Assembly: GCA_041660745.1 (NCBI GenBank)
Contig: JBAZVT010000003.1
Coordinates: 1,880-65,879 of the forward strand
DNA length: 64,000 bases
Source: Minisyncoccota bacterium
GTDB lineage: Bacteria; Patescibacteriota; Minisyncoccia; Phycocordibacterales; JBAZVT01
Direction of reading: 5' to 3'
Both the position numbers and the translations under genes were made by a program. This document shows, in pieces, positions 55,940 to 64,000 of this stretch. The notes beneath the pieces were generated by a model. The model saw only the letters and a list, made by a program, of their open reading frames with translations. It was not told the origin of the DNA and did no database searches. Position 1 is the first letter of the stretch. Every line of letters starts with the position of its first letter.

Positions 55940-58297
55940 ATGGCACGAGAAAAATTAGAAAAAGAAACACGAACAGAGCGCGAGGAACGTGGCGAGAAAT
56001 TTGAACGTTCCCAAAGAAAACAGAAAAAACAACGTGGTGTTTTTCGAGACCTCCAAGACGAGACCCGTCAGCATGTCTGGGGGATCGTATTTTTTGTTAT
56101 TGGAATTTTTCTCATTTTGGCAGCATTCGGCGGCAGCGATAGTAACCTCGCAGGACGAGCTGGTGGATTCTTCTATGGGACATTTCACACCCTACTCGGT
56201 ATCGGTTATTACATGATTCCCCTTCTCATGTTCATGCTCGGCATATCTTTTATGAAAGCTATGGAGAGAAGTTTTGCACTTACAAAAACTATTGGTGCGG
56301 TAATCTTCTTCCTCTCTTCTCTCGGAACAATTGGCACTATCGGTATCATTGTTGATGATCGCATCGGTGGCATCCTCGGATATTATGTTGCCCTACCCCT
56401 TGTCGGACTTTTTGATATTTATGCGACGCTCATCTTCCTCCTCGCACTCGTCGGTATTTCTTGTCTCATCATATTTGATACACACATCAACTTCAGCACC
56501 TTTGCTTTCGTAAAAAGAATGTTTGCACGGAAAGAAAAAGTACTCTCTGCAGAATTGGATACCGAGGAGGAGAAAAAGGCAGATGCAGCTATTGCTGTTG
56601 AGATGAAAAAAGTAGAAGAAAAGCCAGAACAAGCAGCCCAGAAAAAAGCACCTCTCGGAAAGATAGATGATAAAGATTTTTCTGTCTCTCAGAGGCACTT
56701 TGCCCTTGGGGTAAAGTTCATCCCTCCCCCGCTCTCCCTGCTGGAACGAGATAAAGGGAAACCAGAAGTTGGTGATATCAAAGCACAAGCAAACATCATC
56801 AAGCGTTGTTTACAGAATTTCGGCATCACTGTGGAAATGGACGAAATCTCTATCGGACCAACTGTCACACGATACGCACTCAAACCCGCAGAAGGTGTGA
56901 AACTTTCAAAGATAGTCTCACTCCAAAACGACCTATCTCTAGCTCTCGCTGCCCACCCCATCCGTATTGAAGCACCTATCCCCGGCAAGTCGCTCGTAGG
57001 TGTTGAAATACCAAACGTTACCAAAACCATGGTTGGTCTTGGATCCATGTTTGCTATGCCAGAATTCTTGGAATCACCAAAACCAATGCTTGTATCTATC
57101 GGTCGCGGTATTTCTGGAGCATCGCATTTCTCCGACTTGGCAAAAATGCCCCACCTCCTTGTTGCTGGTGCTACCGGTTCCGGTAAGTCTGTGACCATCC
57201 ACACACTCATCACTTCGCTTCTCTACCGCAACTCACCAGAAGACATGAAATTCATTATGATTGACCCGAAGCGTGTGGAACTTACTCTCTACAACAAAAT
57301 CCCCCACCTCCTTACCCCCGTTATTACTGATGCGAAGAAAACTATTCTATCTCTGAAGTGGGCAGCTAAAGAAATGGACCGACGCTATGATGTGTTGCAG
57401 ATTGAAAAGTGTAGAGATATAAACTCGTACCACAAGAACATCCTCGGTCCCGCCATGAAGAAATATGAGGAAAAGCTAGCAAAAGGAACCGTAAGCGAGG
57501 AGGACCAGAAAAAGATGCCTGAGACGATGCCTTACATCGTGATTATTATAGACGAGCTCGCAGACCTCATGCAGGCATACCCACGAGAACTGGAATCAGC
57601 GATCGTCCGCCTCGCACAAATGAGTCGTGCTGTTGGTATTCATCTCATTATTTCCACACAACGTCCATCTGTAAACGTTATCACCGGTCTTATCAAAGCA
57701 AACATTCCGACTCGTATTGCTCTTCAGGTGGCTAGTCAGATAGATTCACGCACAATTTTAGATATGGGAGGTGCCGAAGAATTGCTCGGCGCCGGAGATA
57801 TGTTGTATCTCTCCCCTGATATTTCCAAACCAATCCGCGTACAGTGTCCGTTCATATCTGAAAGCGAGGTTAAAAAGGTAGTGGATCATGTTGCGGAACA
57901 ATACGCAGGATCAATTCCAAGCGAAATTAACTTTAGTGAAGAACAACAAAAAAATGCCCTCTTTGACGCACAGCTCGACGAAGTAGCTGATATGGAAGAC
58001 GAGGACGAACTCTATGAAGAGGCTCGAGAGATTGTTATTGCATCACATAAAGCATCTACTTCATTTCTTCAGCGAAAGCTGGGGGTTGGATATGCTCGCG
58101 CGGCAAAACTTATTGATTCACTGGAAGCACGCGGTGTCGTGGGTCCTGGAAACGGATCTAAGGCTCGTGATGTCCTGGAAAGTGCCCCTCAAGGCATTGG
58201 GGAGGACTTTGCAGCAGCAAGTGCAGAAGCAGCACGAGAAGATGCTAGATCTGGTGGTAATACAGATACAGAAGAAGAAGAGGCTAAAACGTTTTGA
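55940..58297 (+). CDS. ftsK: DNA translocase FtsK/SpoIIIE
   Basis: N-terminal TM segments, Walker A GATGSGKS, IIIDELADLM, and the C-terminal gamma (wHTH) domain SFLQRKLGVGYARAAKLIDSLE. Confidence 0.95.
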   Translation: MAREKLEKETRTEREERGEKFERSQRKQKKQRGVFRDLQDETRQHVWGIVFFVIGIFLILAAFGGSDSNLAGRAGGFFYGTFHTLLGIGYYMIPLLMFMLGISFMKAMERSFALTKTIGAVIFFLSSLGTIGTIGIIVDDRIGGILGYYVALPLVGLFDIYATLIFLLALVGISCLIIFDTHINFSTFAFVKRMFARKEKVLSAELDTEEEKKADAAIAVEMKKVEEKPEQAAQKKAPLGKIDDKDFSVSQRHFALGVKFIPPPLSLLERDKGKPEVGDIKAQANIIKRCLQNFGITVEMDEISIGPTVTRYALKPAEGVKLSKIVSLQNDLSLALAAHPIRIEAPIPGKSLVGVEIPNVTKTMVGLGSMFAMPEFLESPKPMLVSIGRGISGASHFSDLAKMPHLLVAGATGSGKSVTIHTLITSLLYRNSPEDMKFIMIDPKRVELTLYNKIPHLLTPVITDAKKTILSLKWAAKEMDRRYDVLQIEKCRDINSYHKNILGPAMKKYEEKLAKGTVSEEDQKKMPETMPYIVIIIDELADLMQAYPRELESAIVRLAQMSRAVGIHLIISTQRPSVNVITGLIKANIPTRIALQVASQIDSRTILDMGGAEELLGAGDMLYLSPDISKPIRVQCPFISESEVKKVVDHVAEQYAGSIPSEINFSEEQQKNALFDAQLDEVADMEDEDELYEEAREIVIASHKASTSFLQRKLGVGYARAAKLIDSLEARGVVGPGNGSKARDVLESAPQGIGEDFAAASAEAAREDARSGGNTDTEEEEAKTF

Positions 58298-58358
58298 TTA
58301 CAAAACATTCGCCCAGGGAAAAAGATTATTAATCGGTCGGAGATTAACCAACACATCT

Positions 58359-58716
58359 ATGAGGATAGAAAACAACAGAGGAAAAATTATTTTGAAAATG
58401 AGCGTTGTTATTGTTGTTATCCTGGGCGTTGCTGGATATTGCTACCATCAATCCTCAAGACTCATAGATGGGCCTCAGGTCACCATCATCTCCCCTCTCA
58501 ACGGCTCAAGCTCTTCATCACCTCTTACAGAAATTGTTGGTATCGCCAAAAAATATTTCAAAAATCACACTCAACGATCGCCAAATTTTTATTGATGATA
58601 ATGGGAACTTTAGTGAACGGCTTTTATTATCAGATGGGTATAATATTTTAAAGATTGACGCTCAAGATAAGTTTGGAAAGAAAACGGAAAAAAAGATAGA
58701 AATCGTTAGAATTTAA
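58359..58716 (+). pseudogene. Frameshifted gene for a small membrane-anchored Ig-like (bacterial Ig / Gmad2-like) protein
   Basis: Frame 0 reads MRIENNRGKIILKMSVVIVVILGVAGY...GPQVTIISPLNG...TEIVGIAKK and then stops at 58595. The +1 frame continues NISKITLNDRQIFIDDNGNFSERLLLSDGYNILKIDAQD...IEIVRI. The switch lies in the A6 run at 58548-58553. Confidence 0.6.
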
Positions 58717-58743
58717 TACAATTAATAATAAAAGGAAATTTTT

Positions 58744-59820
58744 ATGGTGAAGAAAGAAAAAAAGGAAGCTAATTCAGGAGTGCGAGAAATCGAAGCGGCT
58801 ATTGCAGAAATCAAAACGAAATTTGGCGATGAATCAATCATGCGTCTCGGCGAAAGACCTCATGTGGATGTAGATGTAATCCCCACAGGCTCTATTGGTC
58901 TCGATGCGGCGCTTGGTGTCGGAGGTCTTCCGCGCGGAAGAATTGTTGAAATATTTGGTCCAGAATCATCTGGTAAGACTACCCTCGCCCTTCATGTCGT
59001 GGCAGAGGCTCAAAAGAAAGGCGGTGTCTGTGCATATATTGATGCAGAACACGCAATGGATCCAGAATACGCAACTAAACTTGGTGTTAATATCGACAAC
59101 CTCCTCCTCTCTCAACCAGATACGGGCGAACAGGGTCTTGATATTGTGGACAGTCTAGTCAGAACAGGAAAAATCGATGTTATTGTCATAGACTCAGTCG
59201 CAGCACTCACACCAAAAGACGAAATTGAGGGAGAAATGGGCGCATACCATGTCGGCAAACAAGCTCGCCTTATGTCACAAGCTCTCCGCAAGCTCACTGG
59301 TATCGTTGCAAAAAGCAAAACCATTGTCATTTTCATTAACCAGATCCGCATGCAAATCGGTGTGATGTTTGGCAACCCAGAAACAACACCGGGAGGAAAG
59401 GCCTTAAAATTCTACACCTCCATACGTATTGATATCAGAAAAATAGCTCAGATCAAGAAAGGAGAAGAAATCATGGGAAGCCGTGTCCGCGTAAAAGTGG
59501 TCAAAAACAAGGTGGCTGCCCCATTCAGGCAGACCGAGTTCGATCTTATGTACAACGAAGGTATCTCTATTGAAGGTGAGATCCTCGCTCTCGGAGAAAA
59601 AATGGGCATGATTTCAAAGAGTGGTGGTGCTTCCTATACCTATGGTGAAATGAAACTTGGACGTGGCTATGACGCAACACGAACATTCCTCCGCACCAAT
59701 CCAAAAATAAAAGACGAAATCCTCGGCAAGATTCGCAACGAGCTCAAAGAAGGTAAAATTATGACCGTTGGAAAAACAAAAGAAGAAGTGGAGGATGAGA
59801 AGGAAGAAGAGCCAAGCTAA
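58744..59820 (+). CDS. recA: Recombinase RecA
   Basis: GPESSGKTT Walker [18 protein letters not shown] and [22 protein letters not shown]. Confidence 0.98.
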   Translation: MVKKEKKEANSGVREIEAAIAEIKTKFGDESIMRLGERPHVDVDVIPTGSIGLDAALGVGGLPRGRIVEIFGPESSGKTTLALHVVAEAQKKGGVCAYIDAEHAMDPEYATKLGVNIDNLLLSQPDTGEQGLDIVDSLVRTGKIDVIVIDSVAALTPKDEIEGEMGAYHVGKQARLMSQALRKLTGIVAKSKTIVIFINQIRMQIGVMFGNPETTPGGKALKFYTSIRIDIRKIAQIKKGEEIMGSRVRVKVVKNKVAAPFRQTEFDLMYNEGISIEGEILALGEKMGMISKSGGASYTYGEMKLGRGYDATRTFLRTNPKIKDEILGKIRNELKEGKIMTVGKTKEEVEDEKEEEPS

Positions 59821-59900
59821 GATACCGCACACTACTTAAAAATAGACAAAAACGGCCAATTAGCATAGAATTGCGAGGTTACTATAATATAAAAGGCACA

Positions 59901-60485
59901 ATGTCACTTCTTGAATATAATGAAGTCGTAGAACGAAAATATATCATATTGGACGGACAACCATACGAAGTTCTCACTTCACATGTTTTTCGTAAACAAC
60001 AGAGAAAGCCTGTTAATGCAGCAAAACTCAAGAACCTTATCACAGGTAAAGTCACGGAACATTCATTCCACGTATCCGAGAAAACTGAAGAAGCAGAAAT
60101 TGAAACACGAGAGGTAAAGTATCTGTATACAAGCAAGGGTGAATACTGGTTCTGTGAAGCTGAAGACCCTGCAAAACGTTTCCAGCTCTCTGCAGAAATT
60201 GTCGGGACAGCAATACAATTTATAAGAACAAATACAGTGATGGACTCGTATGTTTTTGATGACAAAATCATGGGCGTCCGCCTCCCTATCAAAGCCGACC
60301 TCAAAGTTGTAGATGCTCCTCCTGCAGTCAAAGGCGACACCGCAAAGGGTGGCAACAAGCAACTCAAACTTGAAACAGGTGCTGTTATCAACGGCCCCCT
60401 CTTCATTGAAGAAGGAGAGACCATCCGTGTTAATACAGAAACTGGAGAATACGTGGAGCGAGTAAACGAAGGAAAGAAGTTCTAA
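59901..60485 (+). CDS. efp: Elongation factor P
   Basis: The ATG at 59901 is used because the ORF-track start at 59871 is TTG. KYIILDGQPYEVLTSHVF...AKLKNLITGK, with three-domain EF-P collinearity. Confidence 0.88.
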   Translation: MSLLEYNEVVERKYIILDGQPYEVLTSHVFRKQQRKPVNAAKLKNLITGKVTEHSFHVSEKTEEAEIETREVKYLYTSKGEYWFCEAEDPAKRFQLSAEIVGTAIQFIRTNTVMDSYVFDDKIMGVRLPIKADLKVVDAPPAVKGDTAKGGNKQLKLETGAVINGPLFIEEGETIRVNTETGEYVERVNEGKKF

Positions 60486-60524
60486 GACAAGGCACTAGCT
60501 ATTAGCCTCTAGAATCTAGCCATA

Positions 60525-60556
60525 AAAAATATCAAGGTTCGACCTTGATATTTTTT
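60525..60556 (+). terminator. Terminator after efp
   Basis: AAAAAATATCAAGGT pairs with ACCTTGATATTTTTT. Confidence 0.85.
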
Positions 60557-60574
60557 GTATCCAACACCAAATAC

Positions 60575-60610
60575 AAAAGCCGCGCCCAGAGGGCGCGGCT
60601 TTTGTTTTTC
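60575..60610. terminator. Bidirectional GC-rich terminator (serves rpsR on the minus strand)
   Basis: AAAAGCCGCGCCC pairs with GGGCGCGGCTTTT. Confidence 0.8.
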
Positions 60611-60623
60611 TTATGTAACTAAT

Positions 60624-60827
60624 TTAATTAGCTACGAATGGGAGAAGGCCCATGAAACGAGCACGCTTTACAGCTTCTGAAAGCTTGCGCTGATTCTTGG
60701 AGCTAACACCACTGCGCTTGTGTGATGTGATACGGCCATGAGGATTGAGGAACTTTTTGAGGACCTCTATATCCTTATAGTCTATATGCTTTATGTTGTT
60801 TTGCGCAAAATAGCACTGTTTTTTCAT
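60624..60827 (-). CDS. rpsR: 30S ribosomal protein S18
   Basis: IDYKDIEVLKKFLNPHGRITSHKRSGVSSKNQRKLSEAVKRARFMGLLPF. Confidence 0.96.
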   Translation of the reverse strand: MKKQCYFAQNNIKHIDYKDIEVLKKFLNPHGRITSHKRSGVSSKNQRKLSEAVKRARFMGLLPFVAN

Positions 60828-60874
60828 GTCTGATTTTTTAAGAGCGAAGCGATATAAAAGATGCCAAACTTTTG

Positions 60875-60935
60875 TTGCCTTCCTCGGCTCGGAAATGAGA
60901 AAATTTTTCTCATTTCTCTCACCCTACGTCGGCAA
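60875..60935 (+). repeat. Intergenic structured repeat, family A, copy 3 (lacks the GGGTATTTACCC module)
   Basis: TTGCCTTCCTCGGCTCG, then the hairpin GAAATGAGAAAA/TTTTCTCATTTC, then CCCTACGTCGGCAA. Confidence 0.8.
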
Positions 60936-60945
60936 GAAAAATCGG

Positions 60946-61002
60946 CACCCTGTTAAATCCGCTTCGCGGTATCTGCTTTCCAAGCAGATATTTAACAGGG
61001 TT
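60946..61002 (-). repeat. Three-way-junction palindromic element, family Z, copy 2 (ssb-rpsR spacer)
   Basis: The outer stem CCCTGTTAAAT / ATTTAACAGGG and the flanks CAC...TT are the same as in copy 1. The inner hairpins differ: CCGC-TTC-GCGG and ATCTGCTT-TCC-AAGCAGAT. Confidence 0.8.
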
Positions 61003-61054
61003 AAGATTTTGTAACCGCACAATGTCGCTTTCGCTTCATTCTACGGACAAAATC

Positions 61055-61507
61055 TTAAAATGGAATGTCTTCAGGGTTAATCTCTTCTTCTGGATATTCT
61101 ATCGCTGGAGCATCTGCCGTCGGAGCCGGTGCGCCTTTCGTATCCTTTTCAGGATATGCGGCACCTGGTGTTCCTCCCTCTTTACGAGGACCAAACTGAA
61201 TTCGGTCTGCAATAACTTCTGTGCGATATTTTTTCTCTCCATCTTTACCATCCCAACTGCGTGTCTGCATTCTTCCCTCCACGAGGATAGAAGAGCCTTT
61301 TTTCATGTATTGAGCTGTTGTTGCAGCTTGATTTCCAAACACTACCACGTTGTGATAATCTGTCGCATCCTGGCGAACACCGCTCTTGTCCTTCCACGTT
61401 CTATTAGTTGCAACTGAGAAGGTGCATACTTTTATACCAGAAGGTAAAGATTTCAATTCTGGATCACGAACCAAATTACCTATGATAATTGCTTTGTTGA
61501 GATACAT
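61055..61507 (-). CDS. ssb: Single-stranded DNA-binding protein
   Basis: OB-fold N-terminus MYLNKAIIIGNLVRDPELK...TDYHNVVVFG and the acidic tail EEEINPEDIPF. Confidence 0.95.
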   Translation of the reverse strand: MYLNKAIIIGNLVRDPELKSLPSGIKVCTFSVATNRTWKDKSGVRQDATDYHNVVVFGNQAATTAQYMKKGSSILVEGRMQTRSWDGKDGEKKYRTEVIADRIQFGPRKEGGTPGAAYPEKDTKGAPAPTADAPAIEYPEEEINPEDIPF

Positions 61508-61591
61508 CCTGAGAATTAGTTAATTGATAATCTATCCTCATTATACTCCAAATGGAGTCTTTTTGCTTTGAGTTACAGTATCTCTTCTTAC

Positions 61592-61689
61592 GGTCATTGC
61601 GAGTGCGTCCGAAGCAATCCAGTTTTTCTTGAATCTTGAATCAAATTCCTGGATTGCCACGTCGGAAGACCTCCTCGCAAAGACAGAGG
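61592..61689. repeat. Family C repeat units in inverted arrangement (rpsF-ssb spacer)
   Basis: GGTCATTGCGAGTGCGTCCGAAGCAATCCAG (61592-61622) and CCTGGATTGCCACGTCGGAAGACCTCCTCGCAAAGACAGAGG (61648-61689). Confidence 0.8.
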
Positions 61690-61713
61690 AGAAATATTTG
61701 TAATTAAAGGTAC

Positions 61714-62220
61714 CTATTTAATTTCAGTAACAAGACTATCGATTTGCTTGTCAATTTCAGCCTCGTTAACAGGAAGAGCTTCTGCTGTCTCTATCTTCTT
61801 GTCTGCTGCAATTTCTGCAGACTTTTCTCTGATTTTCAGCATGTTGCTGATAAGAGTATTTTCTCTGACGGTTTTGATGATGAGGTAACGTAGAACCATT
61901 GGACTTGCACCCAACGCTTCCTTAACGTTCTTAATCATTGCTGGGTCAAGATCAAACTTAATCCAACCAAAATACGCCTTGTTATACTTGTCATGACGAG
62001 CTTCTGCAATCTTCGTCATTTCATACGCGAGAGGGATAAGCTTAGGAAAATCGTCGGAGATAAACATACCGCCATTCTTCTCAATCATGTCTTTGATTGT
62101 GGCGAATTCTCCGGCAAGCTTTTCCTCTGGAAGAGACGGTATCAAGTGAAAACCGATTTCATACACTTGAGTTCGCTCTGCTTGCCCTACTTGCGCAGTA
62201 ACTGTCTTTTTTATAGCCAT
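61714..62220 (-). CDS. rpsF: 30S ribosomal protein S6 (with C-terminal extension)
   Basis: Start at the ATG at 62220 (MAIKKTVTAQ...). YEIGFHLIPSLPEE...AYFGWIKFD...VLRYLIIK follows the S6 pattern, and the gene sits in the rpsF-ssb-rpsR order. Confidence 0.8.
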   Translation of the reverse strand: MAIKKTVTAQVGQAERTQVYEIGFHLIPSLPEEKLAGEFATIKDMIEKNGGMFISDDFPKLIPLAYEMTKIAEARHDKYNKAYFGWIKFDLDPAMIKNVKEALGASPMVLRYLIIKTVRENTLISNMLKIREKSAEIAADKKIETAEALPVNEAEIDKQIDSLVTEIK

Positions 62221-62327
62221 TGTACTGCGTTTTAAACTTAATAATGAAGAGATATCGAAATCTCCCAAACCTCCGCTTGAGCAGTGATTCAGGAGGTACA
62301 TTAACACAAAAGCGGTTAGAAGTAAAT

Positions 62328-62678
62328 CTAACCCTGGATATAAAATAGAAGGAAAGGAATCGCCAAAGGTAATATCAGGAACCAAAAAAAGACACAGTAC
62401 ATCCGTCGTTTTTCCAACTTTTTATCCGCAGTTAAATTGTATTTTCGAATATTATAGAAATAAAATTCCAAGCCAACATGTTCTGCAAAATTAACCAGTG
62501 CAATTGGTATACCAAATATCAAAAGCGCAAACGCGCCGAGACTCTCATTAAAACTAGTTGACGGAGCTGGAAAAGAGGCTCGAAATTTAAATAAAATAAA
62601 TAACAAGGCTATTCCACTAAGAAATAAACTGATTGTTATTACATTTTTTTGTAGTTTTAATTTTTTATCTATATCCAT
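62328..62678 (-). CDS. Hypothetical 116-aa three/four-TM membrane protein
   Basis: Hydrophobic segments ITISLFLSGIALLFILF, AFALLIFGIPIALVNF and VFFWFLILPLAIPFLLF. No family recognised. Confidence 0.5.
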   Translation of the reverse strand: MDIDKKLKLQKNVITISLFLSGIALLFILFKFRASFPAPSTSFNESLGAFALLIFGIPIALVNFAEHVGLEFYFYNIRKYNLTADKKLEKRRMYCVFFWFLILPLAIPFLLFYIQG

Positions 62679-62685
62679 GTAAAAA

Positions 62686-63498
62686 TTATATCATGTTTAT
62701 AATAAACACTCTTTTCACATTCTTTAATAACTGCACCCTGACAGTTTCTACATCCCCTCCTCTAATTTCTGCCATGGTTTTTACAACTTCGGACACAAAT
62801 GTCGGTTCGTTACGCTTGCCGCGATACGGTACAGGTGCAACGTAGGGCGAGTCTGTTTCAGCCATAATCATGCCTGATGGTGCAAATCGAATCACTTCGT
62901 CATATTGGCGAGCAAATGTAATTACACCAGTAAAGGAAAGTGTAAAACCAATCTCAATAGCATCTTTTGCTATACCCATATCCCCAGCAAAGAAATGAAA
63001 ATTTGCCCGTACCGGAGCTTTTTCCCGTGCAGTCTTTAACATTTCCAAAACATCTCTATACGCATCCATACTCCCCTTAGTGGGTCGAGCATGAATCATA
63101 AGAGGAAGATTGTGCTTCTGAGCAAAAGCAATATGCTGGGCAAAAAGTTCTTTCTGTCTGTTTTTTTCTACCTCGATGTCACCAGTGAGATTAAAATATT
63201 CTAAGCCACACTCCCCCACAGCAACCACTTTCTCTGATTCTGCAAGCTTTTCAAAAACTGCTTCGTCAAAAATCGCACCAGCATCATCTGCAGGATGAAC
63301 ACCAATTGATGCGTAAATATTTTCATTCTCTTCTGCAAGAGCGACCGCTTTTTTTGAATCTTCGACATCAGTTCCAATTGTAATAGTCCCCACCCCAACA
63401 TCTCTCATACGTGCCAAAACAGCATCCCTATCTGAATCAAATTCAGATCCGTGGAGATGTGAGTGGATGTCGAAGTATTTAATAGACTCGGGAGTCAT
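62686..63498 (-). CDS. tatD: TatD-family metal-dependent hydrolase/DNase
   Basis: FDIHSHLH, GECGLEY, LMIHAR, HFFAG and ETDSPY metal-ligand motifs. Confidence 0.92.
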   Translation of the reverse strand: MTPESIKYFDIHSHLHGSEFDSDRDAVLARMRDVGVGTITIGTDVEDSKKAVALAEENENIYASIGVHPADDAGAIFDEAVFEKLAESEKVVAVGECGLEYFNLTGDIEVEKNRQKELFAQHIAFAQKHNLPLMIHARPTKGSMDAYRDVLEMLKTAREKAPVRANFHFFAGDMGIAKDAIEIGFTLSFTGVITFARQYDEVIRFAPSGMIMAETDSPYVAPVPYRGKRNEPTFVSEVVKTMAEIRGGDVETVRVQLLKNVKRVFIINMI

Positions 63499-63515
63499 AA
63501 TTTTAAATTTGGAAA

Positions 63516-63563
63516 CTACAGAGGCTAAGCCTTGGCGTCGAACGCCAAGGCTTAGCCTCTGTA
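63516..63563 (-). terminator. Hairpin family H, copy 3, terminator after metG
   Basis: CTACAGAGGCTAAGCCTTGGCGT pairs with ACGCCAAGGCTTAGCCTCTGTAG. Confidence 0.8.
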
Positions 63564-63572
63564 GTAAAATTC

Positions 63573-64000
63573 CTAATCTTTTCTCATAAAGAGAGGCTTT
63601 GCTGGCATTTCTCGATTCAAAATTGCATGTTGAATTTTTCCTGCTGTTTCAGGAAGGATTGGTACAAGCAAGAGTGAGATAAGATAAAGATTTTCTAGCA
63701 CAAACTCAACGTCTTTAATTGCTGCAGCGGGATCACTCTTATGTTTCTTAAAAGGCTCGTTTTTCTGTATATAACCATCCGTATCTTTTATGAGGCTCCA
63801 CACAGCATCGCAAGCTATGGTCGTATTATATGCATCTAACGCATTTTTGTACGTTCGCACCACATCTATCGTAGCCTTAGTCACAGAGTCCTCTATGGCC
63901 TCTTTGCGGGCTTCTGCAAGCATCGCGCCATACGTAACAGCCATCTTTAATGATCGATTAACAAGATTTCCTAGACCATTTGCAAGGTTTGCATTGTATA
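63573..64000 (-). CDS. metG: Methionyl-tRNA synthetase, C-terminal (anticodon-binding) part; the gene continues beyond the window
   Basis: The reading frame extends to the window edge (..YNANLANGLGNLVNRSLKMAVTYG...). The NxLxNxxGNLxxR pattern and the following helical domain are MetRS-like. Confidence 0.8.
   Translation of the reverse strand, partial: YNANLANGLGNLVNRSLKMAVTYGAMLAEARKEAIEDSVTKATIDVVRTYKNALDAYNTTIACDAVWSLIKDTDGYIQKNEPFKKHKSDPAAAIKDVEFVLENLYLISLLLVPILPETAGKIQHAILNREMPAKPLFMRKD

Noticed and set aside
53485-55958. ORFs 53485..53700, 53595..53900, 54422..54622, 55621..55917, 55709..55924 and 55776..55958.
   Set aside because: Their reading frames run through family C/H palindromic repeats, giving the typical 'SLRGGCRRGNP / LPRRQPPRNDR' junk peptides. 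They have no SD and no coding-like composition.

Overview
This is a 64-kb segment of a low-G+C, gene-dense bacterial chromosome. It uses the standard genetic code and has long intact ORFs. Three small islets have visibly higher G+C than their surroundings.

Gene content:
- Core metabolism and regulation: eno and gpmI, an OmpR-type response regulator, a PAS histidine kinase, truB and tlyA.
- An ECF sigma/anti-sigma pair and a MacAB-type efflux cluster, followed by a three-gene cluster of secreted Asn/Thr/Gly-repeat proteins.
- An ArsR-glutaredoxin-thioredoxin-permease operon.
- Envelope glycan genes: GT-B enzymes, two tandem paralogous NAD epimerases, a polyprenyl-phosphate sugar transferase and RodA/FtsW.
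- An IS481-like transposase next to a stand-alone PurH IMP-cyclohydrolase domain and a PurD-like ATP-grasp gene.
- An unlinked 23S-5S rRNA operon whose 23S carries a 374-nt group I intron in the peptidyl-transferase centre.
- rplJ-rplL, and a 1263-aa secreted phospholipase-C-like/LTD/beta-helix protein.
- An IS200/RAYT-type HUH transposase bracketed by near-identical palindromes, and a probable major surface protein.
- ftsK, recA, efp, rpsF-ssb-rpsR, tatD and the 3' end of metG.

Intergenic DNA holds at least five families of structured palindromic repeats. Two of them show compensatory base changes.

The overall picture matches what is reported for Candidate Phyla Radiation / Patescibacteria genomes: an unlinked intron-bearing 23S, tiny membrane proteins, giant surface proteins and sparse biosynthesis. 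That taxonomic assignment is inference only.
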